Assembly (NCBI GenBank): GCA_030265395.1
Contig: JARFYF010000074.1
Span: 87,659,235-87,723,234, forward strand
Direction: 5' to 3'
Source of the DNA: Rhina ancylostomus
Taxonomy: Eukaryota
DNA length: 64,000 nucleotides
The first letter of the stretch is position 1. Each line of letters begins with the position of its first letter. The position numbers and the translations under genes are program-made. Below, in pieces: positions 50,810 through 63,439 of this stretch. The notes under the pieces are model-generated. The model had not been told where the DNA came from. It searched no databases and saw nothing but the letters and a program-made list of their open reading frames with translations.

Positions 50810-51150
50810 ATAACACAAAGCCATTTGGTCCTCCATGCCTATGTCAGTTTGCAGAACATTTCCAACAATGCCATTCCCCTAATTATCTCTTGGTAACCCA
50901 TTCTCTCTCACTTGCCCATCAACTTCCCCTAATACACTTGGCACCCACTTACATTAAGGGCAGTTTACAATAGCCAGTTAACCTACTAACCAGCACATCT
51001 TGGGATGTGGAAGCAAACTAGAGCACATGGAGGAAACCCACTTGTTCACAGGGAGAACATGCAAACTAGCCACAGACATCAATGAAAGTCAGGTTTAAAC
51101 CAGGGCACCTGGTGCTATAAGCCAGTAGCACTACCTGCAGCACCATCATG
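50810..51150 (-). mobile_element. HE1-like V-SINE
   Basis: 'ttgggatgtggaagcaaactagagcacatggaggaaaccca..gttcacagggagaacatgcaaac' (reverse V-domain). Confidence 0.75.
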
Positions 51151-51314
51151 CTCCCCAGGAAAGATCCAACCTTGGCCTATGGTTATCCACTTGTCCNNNN
51201 NNNNNNNNNNNNNNNNNNNNNNNNNNNNNNNNNNNNNNATCATCTGCCTTAATTGCTCATTAGTTAGCTCAACCAGGTCCTGGTTCATACAACTAGTCGC
51301 TCTTTCTATGAGGA

Positions 51315-51630
51315 CACAAGAAAGACGGCAGGTGCCTGAAATCTGGAGCAACACACAAAATTCAGGAGGAACTCAGCAGGTCAGGCAGCATCTATGGAGG
51401 GGAAATGGACAATTGATATTTCAGTCACGACCCATAATCAGGATTGGAAAGAAAGAAGGAAGAAGCCAGTATAAAAGGGTAGGGTGATGGGGTAGATCAA
51501 GAGCTGGCAGGTGATAGGTGAATCCAGATGAAAAGGGGAAGATAGGCAGGTGGGGTAGAGGAAGAAGCTGGAAGGTGATAGGGGAAGTGACAAAAGGCTG
51601 AAGAACATGGAATCTGATAGGAGTGGACAG
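51315..51630 (-). mobile_element. Penelope-like terminal repeat with hammerhead-like motif
   Basis: 'ggaggaactcagcaggtcaggcagcatctatggagg' plus minus-strand aatc-CTGATTAT-gggtcgtgact-GAAA-ta-TC-aatt. Confidence 0.75.
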
Positions 51631-52649
51631 TCTTCTCTCTTAATCAGAAGATAATGGCTTCCAGCTCCTTTCCAACCTTAAACACTTCAGGGTATGAGAT
51701 TGTCTTCAGTTAAATAGGTTTCCAAAAGTAATCTTACATTTTGCCTGATTTTTATTTCTTGCTGGTCAATTAACCTAAACTCAATTTCTCCTGATTTTAA
51801 CTCTTTCTTGCCAAATTGGAACAGATACGCTGTTGTCTGTGTATACTTATTGACCACTAGACACTGCATATAATTAAAAATTAGAATTAAAGATTGGCAT
51901 TTCTGTTCAAGGCTTCATCTATCCTTTAGGATAGCTAATACTCATGCATGTTAGGAGTAAGACCTGATGCCAATTATTCATGGTTGACAATGTACTGTGC
52001 CACCAAATAATCAGATTCACATTGGTTCATGGGCCATTTTCAATACTTACATGGTTCCCTATGGATTGTCCACCTTCTTCCTGATTGACTCCTTTTCTCT
52101 GTCCTCTCTTTCACTCTTTNNNNNNNNNNNNNNNNNNNNNNNNNNNNNNNNAATCGCTTCCACTTTCCCAATTGCTTATCCCTTTTAAATAATATCCACC
52201 TGTGAATAACCTCCATCTCAGCTTCTTCTGTCTCTGACTGCTTTCAACTGCCTGTGATGAAATGGCTCAATATTTAAATCTACCTGGCTGGCAAGCTATT
52301 TAGAATATTCTATAGTTCCCTGCAGATTGCTAATCTGATTTAAATGGGACCTGAAGTCCAAATATTATGATTTGAAGCATAACTTTCTGAAAGGAATTGG
52401 AAATGTACTTGCTAAAATTTACTTTTCTCAGGCTCGACACTGAAGCAAAAGGGTTATACGCTGGACAGGAGTCAACGGTTTAAACCTCAGGTGATAAGAA
52501 ATATCTTTACACAAAATATTGTAAACTTTGGAATTATTTACCATCAGAGGCTCTGGTCAGAAGGCATATTCAAGACTAAGATCAATAGATTTTTGGACAT
52601 TATGTAAATTAAAGAAATGGGAAAGCCAACTGAGATTTGGGATCAGGCA

Positions 52650-53285
52650 GCAAAATTTCACTAGATAGATTCTTGGGATGAGGAGTTTGTTTCATGAGGG
52701 AAGAACATAATAGCCCTGTAATCTCAGAGGTTTAGAAGAAAATGGGGCAGGCATGGTAGTGTAGCGGTTAGCGTAATGCTATTACAGTGCTAGCGATCTG
52801 GGTTCAATTCCGGCCGCTGTCTGTAAGGAGTTTGTACATTCTCCATGTGTCTGCAAGGGTTTCCTCTGGGTGCTCCAGTTTCCTCCCACATTCCAAAGAC
52901 ATAGGGGTTAGGAAGTTGTGGGGATGCTATGTTGGCACCGGAAGCATAGCGACACTTGTGGGCCGCCCCCAGAACACTCTACGCAAAGATGCATTTCACT
53001 GTGTGTTTTGATGTACATGTGACTAATAAAGATCTGAATCTGAATGAGAGATGATCTCATTCACACATACATATCTCTCTTTTCTGAAAGTTGTGAATCT
53101 TTGAAATTCTCTACCTCAAGGAGCTGTAGATGCTCAATTGTGAAGGTTTAGATTACAGGGGAATTAAGGGTTATGTCAACTGGCACAAAAATTAAGGTAA
53201 AGCCATAGATCAGATCAGCCATGATTTTATTGAATGCTGAAGCTGATGCTGAGGCTTTACTCCAACTCTGTTCCTTGTATATGGT
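52650..53285 (+). mobile_element. Old CR1 3' fragment split by a SINE
   Basis: 'ggtttagaagaa' | SINE | 'gaatgagagatgatctcatt' rejoins to the CR1 'FRRMRGDLI' coding region; CR1 tail at ~53210-53285. Confidence 0.65.
52744..53045 (+). mobile_element. Full-length tRNA-derived V-SINE (non-CR1 tail)
   Basis: A-box-like 'ggtagtgtagcggttagc', B-box GGTTCAATTCC (52801-52811), V-domain 'gggtttcctctgggtgctccagtttcctcccaca', tail 'gtacatgtgactaataaagatctgaatctgaat'. Confidence 0.92.
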
Positions 53286-54789
53286 CCTTAAAAGTGCTAT
53301 GTAAATACAGATTATTATTATATCAAAGTATTTACATAAGAAAATTAACTATTCTATTGAAAATGATTTAATGTATTATGAAATAAAAATAAGCTAATTG
53401 CTGATTTCTCTTTAAATTCAGTTGTAGCTTGAATTAGTTTTAGAGTAATTACTTTTCATACTGAAAAGCTTGCATCCCATATTCATTGTCATTACAAATT
53501 CAGGTCAGTTCTAGGTACTTTATTACCAGTTACTCACAGACGCCACTAAATGGTCTTGCCACTTAGAAGTTGATTCAAACCATCTGTATCTACTTGTACA
53601 ACAGTAACCTGAGGGGATTAAAAAAATTAATTTGAATCAGATAGCTGTTTCCTTTCTTCATGTACATCTTCAACTAATTACATATCTAAATAATGTTTTG
53701 TATAACCTAACTTTACTATTAAAGTTAGGTCATGCAAAGCATTGTTTAGATATGTAATTGAGTTACTTTATTCCAAAGTTTTGATGAATAAAAAATATTT
53801 GCTTAGTATAATGAATAGAACCTACTGTGTTGTGTTTTGCACTAAAAACAATGACATGCTGCACTACCTGACTTCATTTCACGAAAGAATAGCTCCTCTG
53901 CACGTTGTCCAACAGCTCAAGCCAGAACCTGCTTTCTCTGCAGTCTCCTTCCTCTTTAACCTCCTTTTGGCACATTGCTGCCATTCTGTCTCATGCTCTG
54001 CAGCTTGAACTGTTGTTTCAAATTCTGTTTCCTGTATCAGTTTTTAGTTCAAATAAAAGTCCTCCCTCCTGAGCAGAATCTACCAGTTTAACTTGGCAAT
54101 GGGTCACTGCTGAATCCACATGAATAGAGTTATCATTGGAGCATTAAGTGTGAATTATCACACAAATGTCAAATTGTTTTCCATTGTTTCCAAGATACTG
54201 GTCCAGATACCTGGTCTGAAATCTAATCTACAGCTGCTATTCCTATGGTCTTGCAAATTTAAACCCTGGAGAGTTTAATTTGTGTTAACAGAAGCATTTT
54301 TAACATATTACACCAAGATCCCCCCTACCATGGCGGGACAGTCTGTAATCCCAAAATGTGACAGTGATCAGATGGTGGCTTGACAGTTTAGAGAGCTACA
54401 CGCAATGACTTTCTTTCATTCTTATGGAATGTTAATTATTTTAATTTGCATGAAATATGAATATGAAGAATTTGTGATTAAAGAATTGTAACATGCTGAC
54501 TACTCAATAGATAATATGTTCTGCAGTGATAATGAAACAATTTTCAAAGATACCCTTGAAATTTTAATGTTCATACACTTACATAAATGACTTAATAATA
54601 TGAATATTAGCACTGAAGATCCTGGGCTATTGTTCATTATAGCACATATTGTAAAATGTTGTGGTTTTCACATTTTCTTGTATCTTGTTTTTTTAACCTC
54701 TCTCTCCTTTCTGTGCATTTTCTTTGCATTATTGATTTTCTTTTAGCTTCTGATTTACTTGACTATTATTTTCTGTGTTTTTTTTTCCC

Positions 54790-55797
54790 TTGAAGACAGG
54801 CACAGAATATTTGTTTAATTTCTCTCCTATTTCCTATTCCCCAGAATAGTTTCTGTTGTGGCAATCTGTATGGGCCCCACATTAACAACTACTAATCTTT
54901 TCCTTGTTACATATCTATAGTAGCTCTCACAATCTGCTTTCATGTTTCTTTCTAGATTACTCTCACATTCTACTTATCTTTTCCTTATTTCTGTATTGGT
55001 CTTTTTGTGGATACTGACATTTTCCAAATCTCCAGTTTACTGCTTATTGTTTTGACAACAATATAAAGCCAGTCCCTTTAGTCTTTTACCACCTTTAACA
55101 TCTCATATTAGCTATGGCTGGATCACTTTTCTGTTTGTGCTTTGTGCCTTATGTAGTTATTGTTAATTATCTATTAACATTTTAAATGGTTAGCCTTTTT
55201 TTCACTGTCATGCATCTTAATATAGTTTCTGAATCTGTCATAGCCATCTCATGATTCCTGTGTTTAGATTTAAGATCTTGGTTTCACTTGAAGTAAATCA
55301 CTACCATTTTTTATTCCACCACATAATGGTTGCTTTTCCCTAAAGATCCTTTAACTCTTCCTTAGTGCACAATACTAGATCTAAAATGGCCTGTTTGCTC
55401 ATAGTTTTCTCAACAGCCTGATCCTGAAAACAATCTCTAATGCACTCCTTGAACTTATGTTATTACTGATCATTTGGTTTGCCTTATTTGTATGTTGATT
55501 AAAGCACTCCATTATTATTCTATTACCCTTGTTACATTCACTTCTAATTTCCTGTTAGGTATTTTGACTTACATTACTATTGTTTGGGGGGCCTGTGGAT
55601 AACTCCCACCAATGTGTTTACTCCCTTGTTGTTTCAGAATTCCACTTAAACTGAAAGTTCTTGATTTTTTTTTAGCTTTAATCCATTTTTTTCTGCCGTA
55701 TGTTTGCCATCCTTTATAACCCGGGCTAACCATCCTCCTTTTCTAACTTGCTTAGAAGTTAAATGTCTTAGAATACTTTATTCCCAATCTTGGTCCC
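54790..55797 (-). mobile_element. Old CR1 ORF2 endonuclease/linker remnant
   Basis: The minus strand from ~55797 reads DQDWE.., later VGVIHRPP, continuing the endonuclease begun at 57165-57046. Confidence 0.6.
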
Positions 55798-55804
55798 AAC
55801 CCTG

Positions 55805-57040
55805 TGAGGCACAGCAGTTAGTGTTGCTGCCTCACGGCTCCATCATCCCTGGTTCAATCCCGACTTAGGTGTTGTGTGTGTGGAGTTGGCACTCCATGAC
55901 CATATTGGTTTCAGGCAGGTGCTCTGGTTTCCTCCCACATCCCAGAGAGGGTCTGGTAGGTTAGTTTATTACTATTAATTACTCCTTTAGGAATCAAAAG
56001 CAAACTGATGAGCACATGAGAGAGAATAAATTAACACTACCTCGTTATTCTGCTTTTGCACTCTTTATTGATTTCTGTAACATTGTATTTTTAAGTCTCT
56101 CTGTCTTGTGCTGTACCGCTGCTGCAAAACAACAAATTTNNNNNNNNNNNNNNNNNNNNNNNNNNNNNNNNNNNNNNNNNNNNNNNNNNNNNNNNNNNNN
56201 NNNNNNNNNNNNNNNNNNNNNNNNNNNNNNNNNNNNNNNNNNNNNNNNNNNNNNNNNNNNNNNNNNNNNNNNNNNNNNNNNNNNNNNNNNNNNNNNNNNN
56301 NNNNNNNNNNNNNNNNNNNNNNNNNNNNNNNNNNNNNNNNNNNNNNNNNNNNNNNNNNNNNNNNNNNNNNNNNNNNNNNNNNNNNNNNNNNNNNNNNNNN
56401 NNNNNNNNNNNNNNNNNNNNNNNNNNNNNNNNNNNNNNNNNNNNNNNNNNNNNNNNNNNNNNNNNNNNNNNNNNNNNNNNNNNNNNNNNNNNNNNNNNNN
56501 NNNNNNNNNNNNNNNNNNNNNNNNNNNNNNNNNNNNNNNNNNNNNNNNNNNNNNNNNNNNNNNNNNNNNNNNNNNNNNNNNNNNNNNNNNNNNNNNNNNN
56601 NNNNNNNNNNNNNNNNNNNNNNNNNNNNNNNNNNNNNNNNNNNNNNNNNNNNNNNNNNNNNNNNNNNNNNNNNNNNNNNNNNNNNNNNNNNNNNNNNNNN
56701 NNNNNNNNNNNNNNNNNNNNNNNNNNNNNNNNNNNNNNNNNNNNNNNNNNNNNNNNNNNNNNNNNNNNNNNNNNNNNNNNNNNNNNNNNNNNNNNNNNNN
56801 NNNNNNNNNNNNNNNNNNNNNNNNNNNNNNNNNNNNNNNNNNNNNNNNNNNNNNNNNNNNNNNNNNNNNNNNNNNNNNNTGTGCTGTACCGCTGCTGCAA
56901 AACAACAAATTTCACAACATATGTCAGTGATAATAAACCTGATTCTGATAAAAGGCAATGGATAACGAAAATATGGGATTGACCTGCTGGGACCTGGCAT
57001 GGATGCGATGGGCTGAATGACCTCCTTCTGTGTTGGAATA
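55805..57040 (+). mobile_element. HE1-like V-SINE split by a LINE insertion
   Basis: Head 'ggcacagcagttagtgttgctgcctcacggctcc...ggttcaatccc', V-domain 'ggtgctctggtttcctcccacatccc', and a CR1-type tail 'gatgggctgaatgacctccttctgtgttg' at ~57007-57035. Confidence 0.65.
56038..56950 (+). mobile_element. LINE 3' UTR (Rex1/Babar-like; clade inferred), mostly N gap
   Basis: 'acctcgttattc...gctgctgcaaaacaacaaatttcacaacatatgtcagtgataataaacctgattctgat'. Confidence 0.6.
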
Positions 57041-57044
57041 AGTA

Positions 57045-57730
57045 AATCATTTTGCCGCCATGTCCCTGCAATGGCTAATTGATCATTTCCATTTATTTCT
57101 ATTTGTGCCATTAATTCATCTATCTTGTTACCAATGTTGTGTGCATTCAGATAAAGAGACTTCAATTTTATCTTTTTATTTTTCTTCCCTGCTCTGACTC
57201 CAATTGGACATCAACTTTTATGCTTGTATGTTCTGTCCCTTCCTGACAGTCTCTGGCTAATATTACTGATTTTTCTTTCTTGTACTTTAGCCCCATCTTT
57301 TCTCCTTAACTTTTTAAAATTTCCCCTCACCAGAACCCTCCATCCACGATTTAATTTAAAGCCTATCTGCAGCCCTGGTTACTTGTTTCACTGGGGTACT
57401 GGTCCAAGTGAAGCCCATCCCAAAAAGCCTCTTCTTTTCCCAGTACTGGTCCCAAAGCCCCATGAACTGAAACTTTGAGCTACACATTCAACTCTCTGAT
57501 TTTACTGACCTTGTACCAATTTGCACATAACTCAGGTAGTAATCCAGAGATTGTCACCCTTGTGGGTCTCCCTTTTGATGTGGACCCTGTCTGCTCATGC
57601 TCCTTCAGCAGGGCCTCCTCTTTTGTCCTTTTTATGCCATTATGTTTCCACATGGAGAAGACAGTTGGGTCTTTCCCTCCACCCAACTTCCTTCCAAACC
57701 CTTCTTCTGGCACTGGGCATTGAGGAAGGA
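57045..57730 (-). mobile_element. CR1 ORF1 (SGNH esterase) and ORF2 endonuclease start
   Basis: ORF 57480-57761 contains NGIKRTKEEALL...VTISGLLPELCANW...IRELN (CR1 ORF1 esterase-like); ORF from 57165 reads SLYLNAHNIGNKIDELMAQIEING.D..AIAGTW (APE N-terminus). Confidence 0.85.
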
Positions 57731-59244
57731 GCATGTTCCCAACTTCAGAGATCAGTATCAATCTACCTTAATTGAAGTTCATTTTAAGACTACCAAAAAG
57801 CAATAACATAAGCCTAGATTTACAGAGAGTTGTAGGGAGTTGGTATGAAATAGAGGAAGGAAAGAATACAACAGAGCTGGAGTTTAATGGAGAAGGAATT
57901 ACAATGAAAGCCAACAAACAGCAATCTGTTGGCCAAAGAACAGCAATAGGATTCAAGTTTTAAAGCAGGTTCAAAGTGACACTGGGAAACAATCTGAGGT
58001 ACAACTCAGGGATATGTCTCAGAAGGATAGAGATGCCTTATTTATTTGCTCTGGTTACCAATCTCTCCCCAGGAGTTATAATATTTAAATCTATTTAGAC
58101 ACAGGTTGATAAAGATTATGATTGCTCTTATTGAAATACTTCAGCACTCTTATTCTCTGCCCTGCAGGTTTATACCCTGTCAAACTCTCCTTTCACTCTT
58201 AGCTGCAATAATATTCGCTTCAAGAACATTGCTGAGTGCTGCTATCATTTGACACCTCAACCTCTCATACACATAGCAAGCAATTGATTCACACCATTGC
58301 CCTTTATTTACATCATCAAGTTTATCCATTGGTGAAGGTAATGCAGCATGGAGCTGTACTTTAAGATTAGTTTGAATTATTCCAATTAATTTTCATCCCC
58401 ATGTTTTAGTAAAATATTATGTATGTATTGACATGTCTTTTCTTATTATTATTTGGGTTGAATGTCCTATTGGAGGACTAACAACAATCATTAGACATTC
58501 ATGTCATCCATGCATGGTGTCTGAAGTGATCTTGTGTGCACCAAATGAAGAAAATAAACTCCAGGAAAGGGGCAAAACTCAAGCCCTAGCCCTTGGTAGA
58601 GAGTAGGCTCTGGGTCAAATATCATTAGATGAATTCCACATAAAATAAACAATTTTACAAGCTTTTTGTTAAAGTAAACTGTATATAATACAGAAGTTTT
58701 TATGAGTATTATACAATAAATTTTGCCTTGCTTGGGTATAGTCAGATAAGTAAACAATATCACCACTTAAAATCAGTAAATTGATTGGTTTGTTTTTACA
58801 AATTACTCTTTCCTATTTGGTTACATTTGAGTGAATCAGAAGATTTATAATATCTGGTGATTAATTAAGACAATTAGAACAATGTATTATTAAAAAAGCA
58901 TAAAATATACACTTTTAAAGTGTGCTGTTCTGAATGTGAATTATTTGAGGTGTGCTACATCATGGACAAGCAGACTTTTAACAATATATTTGTATAGACA
59001 GAATATGTTGTGTTTCCATATTAAAACTTATGACTGCATTCCTCCCATGCTTTAGTGAATAAAACCCATGTATTGTGTGGCTTCCGACAAGATGAAGGAT
59101 GGCTGAGCTTTGATTCCTGATACATGGCAGAGTGGCAGTGCACAACAACTAACTTCAGTGTTTGCGGTCTATGGAAGGGAAAAGCACTCTTAAGTTCATT
59201 GTTATATTTGCTCAACTTTTATATGTGTGAATGTGTAGTAGGAA

Positions 59245-61380
59245 TTCAGAATGATAATGTTATGGTTATGTGACCAGACTAATGTCCTTTAAAGAGGAAC
59301 ATTTACCATCCTTATCCAGTCTGCCATGACTTTAGACCATGTGAATATGGTTGACTTTGAAATAGCCTAATAAAGCACTGAGTTGTGCCAAACTGCTGTG
59401 ACAAAATGTAATAAAAATAAAATTGGTTAGGTACTGAATACATTTGAAACAGAGGCATATTCAGTTCAGGCAGCCCTGCAAAGTTCTCATCATTGACCTC
59501 TGGGGATGTCCCTCAGTTGGGAGAGCTGTTCCACAGATGTCAAGGAACACCACACTTTATTCCATCTCAATCTGTAACCACATGATCAGACATTAGCATC
59601 ACTCTACAATTAGCATTATGCCATAAAACCAACGAGGAGTTTCCCCACGTTCTCCCACGTCCACTTGTAAATGTTGGTGGACAATTAAACAGCTTAAGGT
59701 AGGACAAGGCTCTGTGAACAATATTCTATTCAATGATCAGGTCATTCAATGAGGAGTTTCGAACAGCTTGTTGGAAGCAGAACTAAATTTACTTAAAAAT
59801 GAGGTGTAAACCTGGTTAAGCTGTAACACAGGAACACATGCTCCAAGCAGCTGAAGAAATATGCAATAAAAAGAGCTAAGTGATCCTCACAACTAATAGG
59901 TCAGATCAAAATGCCCTCATCCTCCCACGTCCACTTGTAAATGTTGGTGGACAATTAAACAGCTTAAGGGAGGACAAGGCTCTGTGAACAATATTCTATT
60001 CAATGATCAGGTCAAATCACAAAACTGGCACATATGCATTCATCTTCAGTCAGAAATCCCAAGTAAATCATTCGTATTGGTCTCTTTCTGAAGTTCCACT
60101 CTTTAGCCAACTTGACTCATTCCTTATAACATCAAAAAGTGCCTGAGTGCACTGGAGGTAGCAAAGGCTGTGGGCCTCAACAACATCCCAGCTGCAGAGC
60201 AGAAGATGTATTATAGATCCAGCCATGTTTCTAGCCAATTGTTCCACCACAGCTACAACAGTTACATTGACTTGGCAATAACAAAGTGGAAGACTTTTCT
60301 GTTCACAAAAAGCAGAAAAAATCCAATCCAGCCAATTAGTGCTCCATCACTGTAATTTCAGTTGACTGATGGAATCTGCTGCTGGCAGTGCCATTGGATG
60401 ACACTTACTCACTAATAAACTCTAGCTGTTCAATTTGGGTTCCACTCAACTCCATATCTCATCACAGACCTGGTCCAAGGACAGTCAAAATTATGGTAAT
60501 TCAGAGATGAGGTGCAAAAGGTGAATCTTGATAACAAAGCCAACTTTTACCACCCATCCTTAATTACCTAACACTGAAGTCAGTAAGAATCAAGGGGAAA
60601 ATTATTCACTGATTGGAGGCAGCACAAAGGAAAATTGGTTATGATTGCTTGAGGCTGGTCACCTGAGTCGCATGACTTCACCACAGGAGTTTCCCCAAGG
60701 AATATCTTGGGCTGCCTTCTACTGTTAATCAGTGAACTTCCTTCCTTCATTAGGTCAGAGGTGGGGATGTTCATTGTTAATTGCAGAGTCCAAATCCATT
60801 TGAAATCTGCTGATAATTAAGTAGTTCCTGCTGATGCACAGTGAGACCCAAACAATGTTTGTGGCTGGCACAGTAAGTGTCATGTGTCTGTTCTGCCATA
60901 CAACCGTCAGGTAATGACGATCNNNNNNNNNNNNGAGTCTAAACATCTAATATTAAAGGCTTTGCCATTGGTGAATTCTCTGATATCAAAATCCTGAGAG
61001 TCATATTACCAGAAACTTCACTGGACCAACCACACACACAAAAAGCCGAAAAGGCAAAAATCAAAAATGTGATGGAATGCTCTTCTCTTACTTGACAGCT
61101 TCAACAACAGCGAAGGAATCAACCCCCGACCAAGGGGCCCACCATCTACCACCTAAATATTCATTTCTGCCTCCCCCATCAGCTCATCATGGCTGCAATG
61201 CGCCCACAGGAGCAGCTCACCAGGGCCTCGTCATCGGCAGCCCTTAAAGCTGCATCCTTCAGCTCCTAGAAGGGGACTGGGTGCATTGGAGCATCACCAC
61301 ATGCAAATTCCCTTCTAACTTGCACAGGATCCTGACTTGTAAAAATATCATCATTGCTTCATCATTATTGGTTGACAAAG
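59245..61380 (+). mobile_element. Ancient CR1-group LINE, near full span but heavily deleted
   Basis: Endonuclease start 'ccctgcaaag..ctctgggg..ttgggagagctgttccacaga' at ~59475; RT region 60590-60790 (GIKGK..; GV.QG..LG; IRSEVGMF); colinear with the minus-strand copies at 4175 and 15725. Confidence 0.75.
59652..60014. repeat. 93-bp direct repeat (59652-59744 and 59922-60014), one mismatch
   Basis: ctcccacgtccacttg...caatgatcaggtca occurs twice, 270 bp apart; the only difference is T59700 versus G59970. Confidence 0.95.
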
Positions 61381-63439
61381 GAACACATTTCTTTTTTCCA
61401 CTTAGCTTTTCGAGATCCAAAGGTAAACAGTAGGGTGGGGGCAAAGTTTCTCAGAGATGAAAGTGGAGCTTGGTAGCATGGAATGTTGGGGTGGGGATGG
61501 CAGCAGGGGGTTGGGCAGCAATGTCCTGCACATAGGCAGTGTTGGCAATTGGTAGAGTTAGTGGACTTTGTAGAATTGGAGTGGCATCACTGGAACTAGG
61601 AATCACAGAAGTGAGCATTCAAAGGCACGTGAACTCAGAGATGCGGTGATAGAACCAGAAGATATTTCTGGTGCATTTTCATAGAAGTGAATTATTCTTG
61701 AGCAGGAAAACATTTTTAAAAAATCCCAATATATGGAGAAGCAGGGCAAGGGCAATCAGCATGTGCAGGAACTCCAAGGGCTCACAATCATTTGGGGAAT
61801 CATTAGGTAGTCACTGGATGTGGGAGTCATGGATCTTTCCAAATAATGAAAGAATTGGGTGGCCCTTAAGGAGTGTGAAGGAATATTGTGTATGGTAGTC
61901 CATGATCTTGGTGCAGTGTGGTGGATCCAGCAGGCATTTGGGAGTAGGATGCAGATTGTTTTGAAAGGTCCACAGGAAGTATGGTGAGAGTTTATGGAGT
62001 ATTTGTGGATCAAGATGCAAGATAGATTCTGCGGCAGTATCTAACAGTGTTAGGAAGGCCTAGGGCCCCAATATTTACTGAGGAGTCAATCCAAATGGCA
62101 ATAATGGGGCAGGAACGTGGGAGAATGTACCTTTACTTCAGGTTGGCTACATTAGGGATTTCACCTACACTCTAGCAGTTGACAGTATTGAACTTCCACT
62201 GCCAATCAGTCCTTGCCTTTCCAAATGCAAATAAATCCTGTTCACAAAATGCCTTCCAGTAACCTCCCACCCCCACACCAACCAGTATATCACACCCAAT
62301 GCTACCCCCAGCTTGTAATCAGTGACAAGTGATATTTTACTATATTAAATATGTTGTATAAGTGCAAATTGTTGTTGTTGTCCTTGCTAAATTCCAAAGC
62401 ACCAGCCAGGAACTGGTTGTAGATCAACTAAACACACCATTTGTTGCTCTTAGTATGGTCGCCAACCTTTCCCAGTCTATCTGATTGCCAGGAGCCGAGG
62501 AGCGAAGCACCTTTTCGCAGTCATGTGGAAAATACCAGCAATAGACGTGTGGGAGGAAAGATCACTCCAGAAGGGTCAGGAGAGAAGGGAGGAAGGAACC
62601 TAGCAATTGTGGGTTTGGAGAAAAGGTACCTGGTAACATAATAATCAGCAGTAACGTGATACAGTATCAGTAGTAGCATAAAATAGTTGTCCATTAAACA
62701 ACCCATGTGAAATGAGGTCAATTGGATAGTGAGCAGAGGTAGCAGCAGCTTGGAACAGGCAAAATGCCTGATCTGAGTTCAAGGGGAATGAGCTGTTCAG
62801 AAAGCTGCCATCCATAACTTTAAAATGCAAATGAACACCTGACAGAGTTAGACTTGGACTCGGTCACCAGAAAAAATGAACCAATCAGAAGTAAGTATAA
62901 AATATAGTTGAGCCAAAAAATATTTCAGCCAAGTATGATAGGAGAAGTAATGCTAAATGCTTGAGCAGAAAGATTGGAAAGTGGTTAGTCTTACAGGAAT
63001 AGCATACAAAATGAATGACTTTGAATATGTTACATTTAAAAACATAGTGAGATACTAACTAGGATCCTCCAAAAGCATTTATGGATGTCCACTGACACTG
63101 AGCCATCCTCCATGAATAATGCTCAATACAATGATGCATCAGATTTCAACCTGTATTTACATATTCAGCAATATTGCACTGGAAGTATGAGCAGCTTAAA
63201 TTATAATATTTTAGTTTAAATTGATGCAGCAGGTTTCAGTATGGAAACAAAAACACATGATACCGGGACTCTTGAAAGCAAATTCAAATTTTATTTGTGG
63301 ATTAATTGATGATCTGTCTCTTGATCAAATGAACGAAAACCAACTTTAAAGGGAACGTATTTAAAAGAACTGGCTTTCATTAATATGTGTTTCCAAAAAC
63401 CTGGAGCTCTTCCTTTGATTCGGTGAGTACTACTCACAT

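Noticed and set aside
56016-57165. Longest ORFs in the track (285-366 aa)
   Set aside because: Artefacts of translating through a 740-N gap; the only real peptide is the CR1 endonuclease N-terminus
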